This document shows, in pieces, positions 18,130-27,901 of a stretch of DNA of 64,000 bases. Position 1 is the stretch's first letter. The number at the start of each line of letters is the position of its first letter. The stretch is from assembly GCA_026396515.1 (NCBI GenBank), contig JAPLWQ010000002.1:193230-257229 (forward strand), given 5' to 3'. This stretch comes from Candidatus Magasanikiibacteriota bacterium (GTDB taxonomy: Bacteria; Patescibacteriota; Patescibacteriia; Magasanikbacterales; GWA2-37-8). Position numbers and translations under genes: made by a program. The notes under the pieces were generated by a model. The model made no database searches, was not told the origin of the DNA, and saw only the letters and a list, made by a program, of their open reading frames with translations.

Positions 18130-18693
18130 TTAAATATTGATATTATCATCAGCTAAAATCTCGTCCAGTTTTTTATCAATCTCTTTCAGATCAAGCGTTT
18201 TAGCTTTGACCGGCACTTTCGGGAAAACAACTTTCTCCGCTTCCGCATCAACCGCCTCTTCTTTAGCCAAATCCGCTGTTTCAATCAATTGCTCTTGTAC
18301 CGGTGTTTCTTTAAAGTCCGATTCAACCTTATCTACAACAAATGTTCGCGCCTGCTCTTCCTGTTGCGGCATTTCGTTAAAATAGGTTATTTTTTGCGCG
18401 CCAATCATCGCTTTATTATAATGCGTAATAATAGCGCGGAGTAGACCGCGGCTTAATCTTAATTTTTCTTCAATCTTTTGTATATTTTCCGGCTCAGCAG
18501 AAAAAACAACTGTATAAAAATAGCCATAGCGCACCTGCTTAATCGGATACGCCAAACGATTTTTGCCAAGCACAGTCAAATCGGCTTCCTGGACAAATTC
18601 ATTAATTATTTCAACAACTTCTTTTGTTTTGACCTCCGCTTCTTTTTCATCAAGCGTTCCAGGCAAAACCAACAATAACTCGTATTTTCTCAT
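18130..18693 (-). CDS. rpsF: 30S ribosomal protein S6 with acidic C-terminal extension
   Basis: MRKYELL, LAYPIK; rpsF-ssb-rpsR order. Confidence 0.93.
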   Translation of the reverse strand: MRKYELLLVLPGTLDEKEAEVKTKEVVEIINEFVQEADLTVLGKNRLAYPIKQVRYGYFYTVVFSAEPENIQKIEEKLRLSRGLLRAIITHYNKAMIGAQKITYFNEMPQQEEQARTFVVDKVESDFKETPVQEQLIETADLAKEEAVDAEAEKVVFPKVPVKAKTLDLKEIDKKLDEILADDNINI

Positions 18694-18778
18694 AATTTAC
18701 TTTTTAACAAATTACGGTAATTCTCAAATGATTACCTTTTTGGCGCATTTAATATAGCATATGCGCGAAATAAGTCAA

Positions 18779-18812
18779 CCCCGCAGAATCTCCTGGAGCT
18801 CTGCCGGGCAAG
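18779..18812 (-). repeat. Miniature palindromic element CTTGCCC...GGGG
   Basis: Minus strand CTTGCCCGGCAGAGCTCCAGGAGATTCTGCGGGG; same termini as 47856-47894. Confidence 0.5.
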
Positions 18813-18938
18813 CCCCGTGCAAACAATAATTAATGAACGAATCTCTCATCAACCCGCCTCTTATTCTCGTAAACATACAATATATATGCTATAATACAGC
18901 TAAACCGCATGTAGTGGTGAGTTTTTCGCTTATACAAT

Positions 18939-20666
18939 ATGATACCTATAAAAATACTGGAGGATGTAGTCAAAAAATACGGTCTGGTGAAAGACGAAGG
19001 GAAGTGGGGACAGGCCAAAAAAGACGCTATAGCACAAAATAAGGACCTTGTGGAAATCGCCTTAGGCGCGAATATATTAGACGAAAACGCGCTTTTTCTT
19101 AAAATCGCCGAGTATCTTGGCCTGGAATTTGTGTCCTTTAAGGGGCGCGATATCAGCCAAGAAGTTATCAATCTGGTGCCCAATCCCCTGGCTCTGACCC
19201 ACAATGTAGTGGCCTATGACAAAACCAAAAGCGAGGTGCTACTTGCGATGACCGACCCGACCGATATCGAAGCGGCTGAATTTATCCGCCGGAAGACCGG
19301 ACTGGAACCGAAAATTGCCGCCACTTCTCCAACGGAGATGAAGGAGGCGCTACGAATGTACCGGACCGGTTTTGAGGAGGAGTTTAAGATAATCCAGGAA
19401 AAATCTGCCGAGGCCGCTTCAAGCGGAGATCTGAAAAAAGTGGCCGAAGAACTGCCAATTGTGAATGTTGTGAACAGTATTTTGGAACATGCCATCTACG
19501 AGGGTGCATCCGATATCCACGTTGAACCAAATGAGAAAGAAATGGACATTCGCTACCGGATTGACGGGGTGTTGCGGCCGATAATGACTTTGCCAAAAAG
19601 TCTGCAAAACGGAATCGTGGCGAGAGTAAAAATTCTCGCAAATCTCAAACTCGACGAACACATGGCCCCGCAGGACGGCCGTTTCAAAATTCAAATTCAA
19701 AATGACAGAACCGCATTTCGTGTCTCCATCATACCGGTCTATGATGGGGAAAAGATCGTAATGCGACTTTTACCTGAAGGCGCCAAGTCGCTCACGTTGG
19801 ATCAACTGGGCTTTCTTGAACAGCCGAAGCAGGCCTTAGAGCGCGCCATAAAAAAACCAAACGGCATGATTCTCGTCACCGGCCCCACCGGTTCAGGTAA
19901 AACTACTACCCTATACTCTATTTTAAGCATGCTTAACCAACCGGGAGTAAATATTTCCACTATCGAAGACCCAATTGAGTACCGTATTAAAGGAATTAAC
20001 CAGAGCCAAATCAATCCGAAAGTCGGTTTCACTTTTGCCACCGGATTACGCGCTTTTTTGCGCCAAGATCCGAATATTATCATGGTCGGAGAAATCCGCG
20101 ACCAGGAGACCGCGGAGATATCCGTCCACGCGGCCATGACCGGACATCTGGTGCTTTCCACTTTGCACACCAATGACGCGCCGACCACTCTACCCCGTCT
20201 CATTGATATGGGAGTACCGCCGTTTCTTGTCGCTTATACCATCAATTTAATTGTCGCCCAACGTTTATTACGAAAAATTTGTACGTTCTGCAAATCCGAA
20301 TTCAAATTGGACAAAAATTCTTTGAACGAATTAGCAAAAGTATTCGGCGTGGAAAAAATTCTGAATTTATTTAAGCAAGCCGGAGTACTTAAGGCCGGAG
20401 AAACGTCTTTGGAAGAAATTACTTTTTATCAGGGCGCCGGCTGTGCCAAATGCAATCAGAGCGGGTACAAGGGACGCCTTGGCATATATGAGGTGCTGGA
20501 GATGAACAATGAGATTACAAAAAAAATAAACGAACACGCCACGGCGGCCGAGCTCAAGACAATCGCTCAAAAATTCGGCATGTTAACTATGTCTGAAGAC
20601 GGCTTAATTAAGGCAAAAATGGGCATTACTTCCATTAGCGAAATTTTGCGCGTTACCAAGGATTAA
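18939..20666 (+). CDS. pilB: Type IV pilus assembly ATPase PilB (GspE/PulE)
   Basis: ASDIHVEP, GPTGSGKTT, TIEDPIE, LRQDP, STLHTN, Cys pairs. Confidence 0.93.
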   Translation: MIPIKILEDVVKKYGLVKDEGKWGQAKKDAIAQNKDLVEIALGANILDENALFLKIAEYLGLEFVSFKGRDISQEVINLVPNPLALTHNVVAYDKTKSEVLLAMTDPTDIEAAEFIRRKTGLEPKIAATSPTEMKEALRMYRTGFEEEFKIIQEKSAEAASSGDLKKVAEELPIVNVVNSILEHAIYEGASDIHVEPNEKEMDIRYRIDGVLRPIMTLPKSLQNGIVARVKILANLKLDEHMAPQDGRFKIQIQNDRTAFRVSIIPVYDGEKIVMRLLPEGAKSLTLDQLGFLEQPKQALERAIKKPNGMILVTGPTGSGKTTTLYSILSMLNQPGVNISTIEDPIEYRIKGINQSQINPKVGFTFATGLRAFLRQDPNIIMVGEIRDQETAEISVHAAMTGHLVLSTLHTNDAPTTLPRLIDMGVPPFLVAYTINLIVAQRLLRKICTFCKSEFKLDKNSLNELAKVFGVEKILNLFKQAGVLKAGETSLEEITFYQGAGCAKCNQSGYKGRLGIYEVLEMNNEITKKINEHATAAELKTIAQKFGMLTMSEDGLIKAKMGITSISEILRVTKD

Positions 20667-20674
20667 ACATTACT

Positions 20675-21775
20675 ATGGAGGGCGAAAATCACCTAACTTT
20701 ATGGAAAAAGGTTGAAATCTGGCTCACGGATAATCTGACCCGTGTGTCTTTTGTTGAAAAATATCTTTTTGTTCATCATCTGCAAATAATGACCAATGCC
20801 GGACTTTCAATCGTTTCGAGCTTGCACGTTCTCAGTCAGGAAGTAAAAAACAAGAAATTAAAAAAAATCATAACAAACATTAAATCAGAGGTGGAAACGG
20901 GCAAGCAATTAAGCGAGGTATTGGCGCGTTATCCAAAAATTTTTCCGCGTATTTATGTGAGTATGATTGCCGCCGGCGAAGTCGCCGGAAAGATGGAGGA
21001 GGCGCTAGCGCAAATCAGCCACCAAATGAAACAAAGCCAGCAAATATCGTCAAAAGTGCGCGGCGCTATGATATACCCTCTTATCATAATCATTGCCATG
21101 GTCGGCATTTCAATATTTGTTGTTTTTTATATTCTTCCCAAAATCATGGTTATGTTTGATGAAATGGATGTGGAACTTCCTCTGGCCACCCGCTTTTTGA
21201 TCGCTCTGACAAAATTCGCACAAAATTATTGGTGGCTGGTACTGATAGTTATCGGCGTGGCCGTCGCTTCGTTTACCCGCTTGATGAAGATCTCCGGTTT
21301 TAAACATGCTATACATTCACTCTATCTTCGCCTGCCGATATTCGGCGTAATTATTAAAAAAATAAATCTGGCGCGCTTTACGCTCACGCTGTCTTCACTG
21401 CTCGCTTCCACAATCCCGGTGGTTGAAGCGGTCCGCATTTCCTCTGAGGTGCTTGGAAATGTAATTTTCAGGGACAATCTGCTTGCCGCTTCAGAGGCGT
21501 TGAAGCGCGGCGAATCGCTATCAGAAGTTCTGTCGCGATATCCAAGAACTTTTCCACCAATGGTCAACGAGATGATTATGGTCGGAGAACAATCCGGCAA
21601 GATGGAAAATATGCTTTCTGAGCTGTCTGAGTATTACAATAATGAAGTTGAGACAACAATGAATAATTTTACGGCGGTAATTGAACCTGTGATTATTCTG
21701 TTGCTTGGGCTTGGCGTTGCCGGTATCGCCGTTGCCGTTATTATGCCGATGTATTCGCTGGCGCAAAACATTTAA
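20675..21775 (+). CDS. pilC: Type IV pilus platform protein PilC (GspF)
   Basis: MIAAGEVAG, AMIYP, VGEQSG, IEP repeats. Confidence 0.92.
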   Translation: MEGENHLTLWKKVEIWLTDNLTRVSFVEKYLFVHHLQIMTNAGLSIVSSLHVLSQEVKNKKLKKIITNIKSEVETGKQLSEVLARYPKIFPRIYVSMIAAGEVAGKMEEALAQISHQMKQSQQISSKVRGAMIYPLIIIIAMVGISIFVVFYILPKIMVMFDEMDVELPLATRFLIALTKFAQNYWWLVLIVIGVAVASFTRLMKISGFKHAIHSLYLRLPIFGVIIKKINLARFTLTLSSLLASTIPVVEAVRISSEVLGNVIFRDNLLAASEALKRGESLSEVLSRYPRTFPPMVNEMIMVGEQSGKMENMLSELSEYYNNEVETTMNNFTAVIEPVIILLLGLGVAGIAVAVIMPMYSLAQNI

Positions 21776-21779
21776 TATT

Positions 21780-22871
21780 ATGTTTATCAACAATCCATTC
21801 CATAATGCATTTGGCCTTGATATCGGCGACTCATCGCTCAAGCTTGTTCGTCTTGAAAAAAAAGTCCGGCTTAGCGGCAGAGCGCAATATGAAGCTCCTG
21901 ACATCCGCCAAATCTCCCTACCCGCCGGATGTATTGTCGGCGGAGAAATACGACAACCGGAGTTGGCCAGAGAGAAAATAAAATTATTGTTAGATAAACA
22001 AAATGATGCACCGGCTATTCGCACATCTTGGGTGGTCGCCGACTTGCCGGTATCAAAAACTTTTTTAAAACTTATCCGAATTAGCGCACCTGAAAATGAA
22101 GTTAACGATGAAACAATGCGCCTTGAAGCGACAAAGCATCTTCCTCTGGACATTAAGGAAATGGATATTGATTGGCAGATAATTCACGGCCAAACGCTAA
22201 AACCGAGCGCCACATTCGTACTTCTTGGTGCCACGCCAAAAAATATCGTCAAATCGTATTCAAATTTGCTAAAATCAGCCGCTTTAACACCATTGGCTCT
22301 GGAAATTGAGGATATCTCTATAGCTCGTGCCATGATTACGGCGAATAAGGAATATCAGGGAGAAGCGCGGGCAATCCTGGACCTGGGCGGTTCGCGCTCA
22401 AGTTTAATTATTTATGATAAGGGGTCCATCCAATTCAGTTCATTGCTTAATTTTTCAGGTGACCTGATTGATAATACCATTATAGATCACCTAAAAATTG
22501 AGCCTGCCGCAGCAACCGCGCTTAAAAATAAAAATGGACTAAATTATTCCGACCAATACCCGTCATACTTGAAGATTGTCACAGAATTAAGCGAGAAACT
22601 TGTTGATAATATTTATCAGGCAATAATGTTTTATCGAGATCACTTTTACGAGCCAAATCCGGTGACGCATATTACTATGTCCGGGGGATTATCCGCTTTG
22701 ATAAACCTTGATAAGTTTCTATCAGACAAACTCCAAATTGAATCGACCCTCGGAAATGTTTGGAAAAATTTGTTTAATCCATCTTTGGAAAAAGAAAACG
22801 GCAAGGACCTGGCTATGGCCTCGGCAATAGGGCTGGCGCTCAAAGCGGCCGAATGGCCTATTATTAAGTAA
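21780..22871 (+). CDS. pilM: Type IV pilus assembly protein PilM
   Basis: FGLDIGDSSLK, ILDLGG, MSGG, AIGLAL; start at ATG 21780. Confidence 0.9.
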   Translation: MFINNPFHNAFGLDIGDSSLKLVRLEKKVRLSGRAQYEAPDIRQISLPAGCIVGGEIRQPELAREKIKLLLDKQNDAPAIRTSWVVADLPVSKTFLKLIRISAPENEVNDETMRLEATKHLPLDIKEMDIDWQIIHGQTLKPSATFVLLGATPKNIVKSYSNLLKSAALTPLALEIEDISIARAMITANKEYQGEARAILDLGGSRSSLIIYDKGSIQFSSLLNFSGDLIDNTIIDHLKIEPAAATALKNKNGLNYSDQYPSYLKIVTELSEKLVDNIYQAIMFYRDHFYEPNPVTHITMSGGLSALINLDKFLSDKLQIESTLGNVWKNLFNPSLEKENGKDLAMASAIGLALKAAEWPIIK

Positions 22872-22872
22872 T

Positions 22873-23403
22873 ATGATGCCAATACATCTGAATTTCCTAC
22901 TGGATGAAGACCGCCGCAAGGTAAAATCTGCAGCCGTGCTGTCTTGGGTGTGTAATGTTTTGCGCTGCTTGCTGATTGTTTTAATTATTTTCAACGGATT
23001 TCTCGGCCTGGTATTTTTTCTTTTCCATGATCAGGTAGAAATTCTCGACCAACTCTCCAGCGATTCCAGCCAGCGCTATGCTTTCTACGACGAGCAAATT
23101 CAAAAAATTAACGGCCAAACCGGCCAGCTCAATCTGGCCGGAGAAAAATACCGTATTCTTACCGCCCGTTTCTGGTCTATTATCAATTCAGTGCCTCAAG
23201 ATATTAAGATATCAAATATCATACTGGATATAAACGACACAACAATGAATATACCGGGCGTGGCCCAAACGCGCGACGCATTGATTGCTTACGATAAATA
23301 TCTTTTAACGCTGCCTTGGGTGGAAAAAACGTCGCTGCCCAAATCGCAACTCCTGCAAAAAGAAAACGTGCCGTTTCAAATTCAGATAACAATAAAAAAA
23401 TGA
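22873..23403 (+). CDS. PilN-like protein
   Basis: IHLNFL, TM, GVAQTRD; follows pilM. Confidence 0.7.
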   Translation: MMPIHLNFLLDEDRRKVKSAAVLSWVCNVLRCLLIVLIIFNGFLGLVFFLFHDQVEILDQLSSDSSQRYAFYDEQIQKINGQTGQLNLAGEKYRILTARFWSIINSVPQDIKISNIILDINDTTMNIPGVAQTRDALIAYDKYLLTLPWVEKTSLPKSQLLQKENVPFQIQITIKK

Positions 23404-23945
23404 GCTCCACTGCTAAAAAAACGATTATTTTTATTGGGATATCACTTATAATTAATATCCTGCTTATTGTCTTGGCGATAATAATTTCAAATAAGATAAC
23501 CGTTCAATCACGAACAATTTCAACCCAAGTAGCGGCTCTGAACAAACGAAATTTAAGCACCGAAAATTTGCGCGAAAGCTTGGCCCGCATAAAAACTGTC
23601 GGCGCCCGTATTGATAATATCGACAAATACTTATTTACGGCCGGCGAAGAACTTTCTCTTATTACCGACCTGGAAAATATCGCGGCAAAAAATAAAATCT
23701 CTTATAAAGTTGCCAGCTCCAATCTGGATAATTACCAAAACAATCGGCTTGATATTATTTTGAACGTCGACGGCCCGCTTTCCGGCATAATAAAATATTT
23801 GTCGGATTTAGAATCTTATAAATATGTAGTATCAATCCAAAGAATTGAATTTGCTCCATCCGGTTCATTAAACCAGGAAAATAGCTCGCAAATAAACGTA
23901 AATATGCGGCTAATTCTGTTTTTATATGCTCAACCGACAAAATAA
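23400..23945 (+). CDS. PilO-like protein
   Basis: N-terminal TM, LENIA, YLSDLE; ATG 23400 overlaps the upstream stop. Confidence 0.65.
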   Translation: MSSTAKKTIIFIGISLIINILLIVLAIIISNKITVQSRTISTQVAALNKRNLSTENLRESLARIKTVGARIDNIDKYLFTAGEELSLITDLENIAAKNKISYKVASSNLDNYQNNRLDIILNVDGPLSGIIKYLSDLESYKYVVSIQRIEFAPSGSLNQENSSQINVNMRLILFLYAQPTK

Positions 23946-24330
23946 CAACTTACCGAAAAAGTACAATTTGACTCCGAATGAAAAGAACTATATGATCTGG
24001 TTGTTTTCTACCCTGTCTTTTATGATTGCAGTTATCGCCGTTCTTTGCGTATATGGCATCATTATCTACCATCGTGCCTTAAATCTATTTAATTCGACGA
24101 ATGAACAAATTGTCCAAAAAACCGGCTTGGAAATGACATCGGAAATTAATTCCGCAGCGGTTGAATTGGTTGAAAAAATAATTAGCAAAAAGATTGAAAC
24201 GCCGCAATTGCCGGAAAAAGCGCGAAATATATTCTTTTATAATTCCTACATCAATATTTTACCGCCGGCGGCTATTCCCGAAATTATTACAGCCACAACC
24301 AGCGGCATAAATTCCGACAATCAACAATAA
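23926..24330 (+). CDS. Hypothetical bitopic membrane protein (pilus cluster)
   Basis: Single TM; operonic. Confidence 0.6.
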   Translation: MLNRQNNNLPKKYNLTPNEKNYMIWLFSTLSFMIAVIAVLCVYGIIIYHRALNLFNSTNEQIVQKTGLEMTSEINSAAVELVEKIISKKIETPQLPEKARNIFFYNSYINILPPAAIPEIITATTSGINSDNQQ

Positions 24331-24340
24331 CATTCAGCAC

Positions 24341-25540
24341 ATGTCCCGATCAATAGAAAATGAAACATGGTTTGTTTTGGGGTCGTTCCCGGAATTATCG
24401 GCCGCAGAAATATCTGCGGTTTTGTCTTTGGACGAACGGTCCTTTGTTTATAAGCCGCCATTTCTTATCATTTATGGAAATACGGCAGACAATGATAGTC
24501 TTATGTTGAGGCTCGGCGGTACAGTAAAAATTGCTAAAGGCCTCTTTACCGCAGAAACTGAAGCGGTTTTGATTAAAAAAATTTGTGCTAATTTGGCCAA
24601 TAATTCAGGAAAGATAACTTTTGGAATAAGCAATTATTATAAGGAAGGTAACACCGCAAAATTTTCTGAGCAGCTGGGAAAGGAAATAAAGAAAAATCTC
24701 AAACAGCAGGGGTTGTCGGTTAGATATGTATTTAACAGCGATCCAATATTGTCATCTGTAACCGTATCCAAGAATGGTCTCACCGGCCGAGGAAAGGAAT
24801 TTATTATTTCAAAAGATGAAGAAAAATTTTTTGTCGCCGCGACCGTCGCCGTTCAACCTTACGAGGATTGGGGCAGCCGCGATTTTGGCCGTCCGGAAAG
24901 GGATGACGTGAGCGGTATGCTGCCGCCGAAACTGGCGCGTATCATGCTCAATTTATCCCAGGCGGATGAGAACGATGCTGTCCTAGATCCTTTTTGCGGC
25001 TCAGGAACCATAATAACTGAGGCTCTAACGATCGGCATGAACAAAATCATCGGTTCGGATAGTTCGGAAAAAGCGATTAATGACACTAGGTCAAATATTG
25101 ACTGGCTGATATCAAGAAATAAGAACCTCCAAAAATCCAAAGTTGATTTATTTTCTTCTGATATTACCGACTTAACAAGACGACTTGAGCCTGATTCAAT
25201 AGACGCGATAATCACCGAACCGTATCTTGGCAAGCCGTTGCATGGCACAGAAACCGTCGCTGAACTAAAAAAACAGGCAATAGAACTTTCAACCTTATAC
25301 CGCATGGCTTTTGTCACATTCAAAAAAATCGTAAAAAAGAACGGACGCGTTGTTATTATCTTTCCAAGATTTCGATATAATAACGAATGGATTACGATTA
25401 ACATTCTTGATAGTCTAAAAATCCTTGGCTTTACTCCGGAAACTTTAATAAAAATAGGGAACCGAACAGTCGATTCCCTACCATATAGTCGCCCTAATCA
25501 AAAAGTCGGAAGAGAAATTTGGCGCTTCAAAAAAAATTAA
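24341..25540 (+). CDS. Trm11/TrmG10-like SAM-dependent RNA methyltransferase
   Basis: GMLPPKLAR, VLDPFCGSGT, ITEPYLG. Confidence 0.8.
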   Translation: MSRSIENETWFVLGSFPELSAAEISAVLSLDERSFVYKPPFLIIYGNTADNDSLMLRLGGTVKIAKGLFTAETEAVLIKKICANLANNSGKITFGISNYYKEGNTAKFSEQLGKEIKKNLKQQGLSVRYVFNSDPILSSVTVSKNGLTGRGKEFIISKDEEKFFVAATVAVQPYEDWGSRDFGRPERDDVSGMLPPKLARIMLNLSQADENDAVLDPFCGSGTIITEALTIGMNKIIGSDSSEKAINDTRSNIDWLISRNKNLQKSKVDLFSSDITDLTRRLEPDSIDAIITEPYLGKPLHGTETVAELKKQAIELSTLYRMAFVTFKKIVKKNGRVVIIFPRFRYNNEWITINILDSLKILGFTPETLIKIGNRTVDSLPYSRPNQKVGREIWRFKKN

Positions 25541-26608
25541 TTATCTTGAATTTGGATTTGTCGGAGTGCTTGTCGAACCGGTGTCCGGTTCGATTATTAT
25601 TTCTGTCCCGCTGTCATCCGCCGATCCCGGTTCAACGACTCCGGCGTCATCCACCGGTGCTTCCACATCAAGCAAGTTTATACTATCGTCGCTAGATGTA
25701 ACAATATCAAATACCACATCATCCGGATTGGCGCTGGTAAATTGCTCAAATTCTTTGATAATTTCTTCGCGGTATTCATCCAGAGCTTCCTCGCTCGTCA
25801 TACCACCATCTTCAATGGCCTGCAAACGGTCATTAATCTTTTCATCGGCTTCAAGCGACGACTTCACCCATTCTTCACCCAGCACCGCATCGCCCACTTG
25901 CTTAACATCTTCCGAAATTTCTTTCCCGATGCTCGCATAATCCAATACTGTGGCATCGAATATTTCCAAATACTTATCCTCTTCAACCGCCGCCTGCTGA
26001 TTTCCAATCACTTCATCTGTTTCTGGGTTAACAGCATTAACCGCAATTATATGTTCTGACCCGATAATACGGGTCTTTCCGCGTGAATAACTCATGCCGA
26101 ATGCCGAACCGCGCACCGCCGCGACAGCATTAGTTGTTCGCACTTCCCAAACCGACTCCGGCGTCGCCAATTTCATAATTTTTGACCAAAGATTGCCGAC
26201 AATTAATTTAATTCTAACCGTTAGGGTTTTTGTTTTGACATCATACATTCCGGCGGATATTGTAATCTTTGTTTGTGAATCTAAACGGGCCACTGATCCA
26301 TCCGAAAAAAAGATATTCGCCAAACCGTTTTTATCAGTTTCAATTGTCACACCCGCGTCCACTTCATCACCGGTTTTAAGAACAATTTTTTCTGTATTGC
26401 TTGTAATTAAAAAAGCCCCATCCTTAATAACTTGAATCCATGGCTTGCTCGCCATAGTGCCCGTATCTTTTGTCTGATCGCCTTTTTGCTCTTCTGTCTG
26501 TTGCACATTGAGATTCGTTTCAGCAGTTTTCTTGCCACAACCGCTAAACAACATCGCTCCGGCGATGAGAAGAACAAAAATCGCTAAAATGCCTATTGTA
26601 TGCTTCAT
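25541..26608 (-). CDS. FecR-domain lipoprotein
   Basis: Lipobox FSGC; DGSVARLD, TTNAVAAVRGS. Confidence 0.75.
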   Translation of the reverse strand: MKHTIGILAIFVLLIAGAMLFSGCGKKTAETNLNVQQTEEQKGDQTKDTGTMASKPWIQVIKDGAFLITSNTEKIVLKTGDEVDAGVTIETDKNGLANIFFSDGSVARLDSQTKITISAGMYDVKTKTLTVRIKLIVGNLWSKIMKLATPESVWEVRTTNAVAAVRGSAFGMSYSRGKTRIIGSEHIIAVNAVNPETDEVIGNQQAAVEEDKYLEIFDATVLDYASIGKEISEDVKQVGDAVLGEEWVKSSLEADEKINDRLQAIEDGGMTSEEALDEYREEIIKEFEQFTSANPDDVVFDIVTSSDDSINLLDVEAPVDDAGVVEPGSADDSGTEIIIEPDTGSTSTPTNPNSR

Positions 26609-26617
26609 ATATATTTA

Positions 26618-27697
26618 TTACGTACTAATATGAAAATATATGACATCACCATCCTTTACAACGTAATCTTTTCCTTCCAGCCGCATTTTCCCGGTTTCTT
26701 TAATCTTACTCCAGCCGCCATATTTTACAAAGTCCTCCCAATTCATAACATCTGCTTTAATAAAACCCTTGATAAAGTCGGTATGTATCACACCAGCGGC
26801 CTCAGGAGCTATCGCCCCTTGTCGGACAGTCCAAGCGCGTGTCTCCGGCTCTCCACTGGTCAAAAAAGTCACCAAATTCAATAACTTATAACTGGCCGTA
26901 ATAAGTTTATCTAACCCTGTTTCCGTCATGCCCAGATCTTTCAAATATTCTTTAGCTTCGGTTTCATCTAAATCAGCCAACTCCGATTCCAGTTTGGCAC
27001 AGATCTCAATTTGAACCGTACCTTCATTTATCTTTGTCGGCGTACCCTTTGCCGCTTCGGCTTCATCGACATTCAAAACATAAAGCATCGGCTTCATGGT
27101 TAAAAGGCACATATCACGCACCATTTCCATTTCATCGTCAGAATACTCAAGCTCGCGCGCCGCGCCGCCTTTTTGCAGGTGTGCGTAAACCCGCTCCAGC
27201 AACTCAATATTTTTTTGCGCGTCTTTGGCGGCCGCCCCTTTGGCATTTTTTTTAACAGACTCCAGGCGCTTACCGACCGTGCCTAAATCGGCCAGGGACA
27301 ATTCAATATTTATAACATCAGCGTCATCTTTCGGATTAACTTTATTGCTCACGTGTATAACATTCGTATCTTTAAAATCACGCACTACTTGAGCAATGGC
27401 ATCCACCTCGCGAATATGCGATAAAAATTGGTTGCCCAGCCCTTCGCCCTTGGACGCTCCGGCGACTAACCCGGCGATATCAACAAACTCAATGGCTGTG
27501 GGAACAATTTTTTGCGATTTTGATACTTCGGCAAGTTTGGCCAGCCGATCATCGGGTACCTCAACAACGCCGACATTGGGATCGATGGTACAAAAAGGAT
27601 AATTTTGCGCATTCGCCTGCTTGCTGCGCGTCAACGCATTGAAAAGTGTTGATTTTCCCACATTAGGTAAACCAACGATACCGACGGAAAGTGACAT
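26618..27697 (-). CDS. ychF: Redox-regulated ATPase YchF
   Basis: [27 protein letters not shown]. Confidence 0.97.
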   Translation of the reverse strand: MSLSVGIVGLPNVGKSTLFNALTRSKQANAQNYPFCTIDPNVGVVEVPDDRLAKLAEVSKSQKIVPTAIEFVDIAGLVAGASKGEGLGNQFLSHIREVDAIAQVVRDFKDTNVIHVSNKVNPKDDADVINIELSLADLGTVGKRLESVKKNAKGAAAKDAQKNIELLERVYAHLQKGGAARELEYSDDEMEMVRDMCLLTMKPMLYVLNVDEAEAAKGTPTKINEGTVQIEICAKLESELADLDETEAKEYLKDLGMTETGLDKLITASYKLLNLVTFLTSGEPETRAWTVRQGAIAPEAAGVIHTDFIKGFIKADVMNWEDFVKYGGWSKIKETGKMRLEGKDYVVKDGDVIYFHIST

Positions 27698-27744
27698 ATT
27701 ATTTTTTTATGCATAGAGACGAGGATTTCCTCGTCTCTATATCG

Positions 27745-27818
27745 TGGACCGTATCGGATTTGAACCGATGGCCTCTTCCATGCCATGGAAGCGCTCTAGC
27801 CAGCTGAGCTAACGGCCC
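27745..27818 (-). tRNA. tRNA-Ala(GGC)
   Basis: G3:U70; CTTCC-ATGGCAT-GGAAG. Confidence 0.95.
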
Positions 27819-27901
27819 GAAATGTAAAAATATTATACTCCGCCGGCATATTTTGTCAAGACAAATAGAACAAAAACGCCGCTATTTAGCGGCGTTTTTT
27901 A

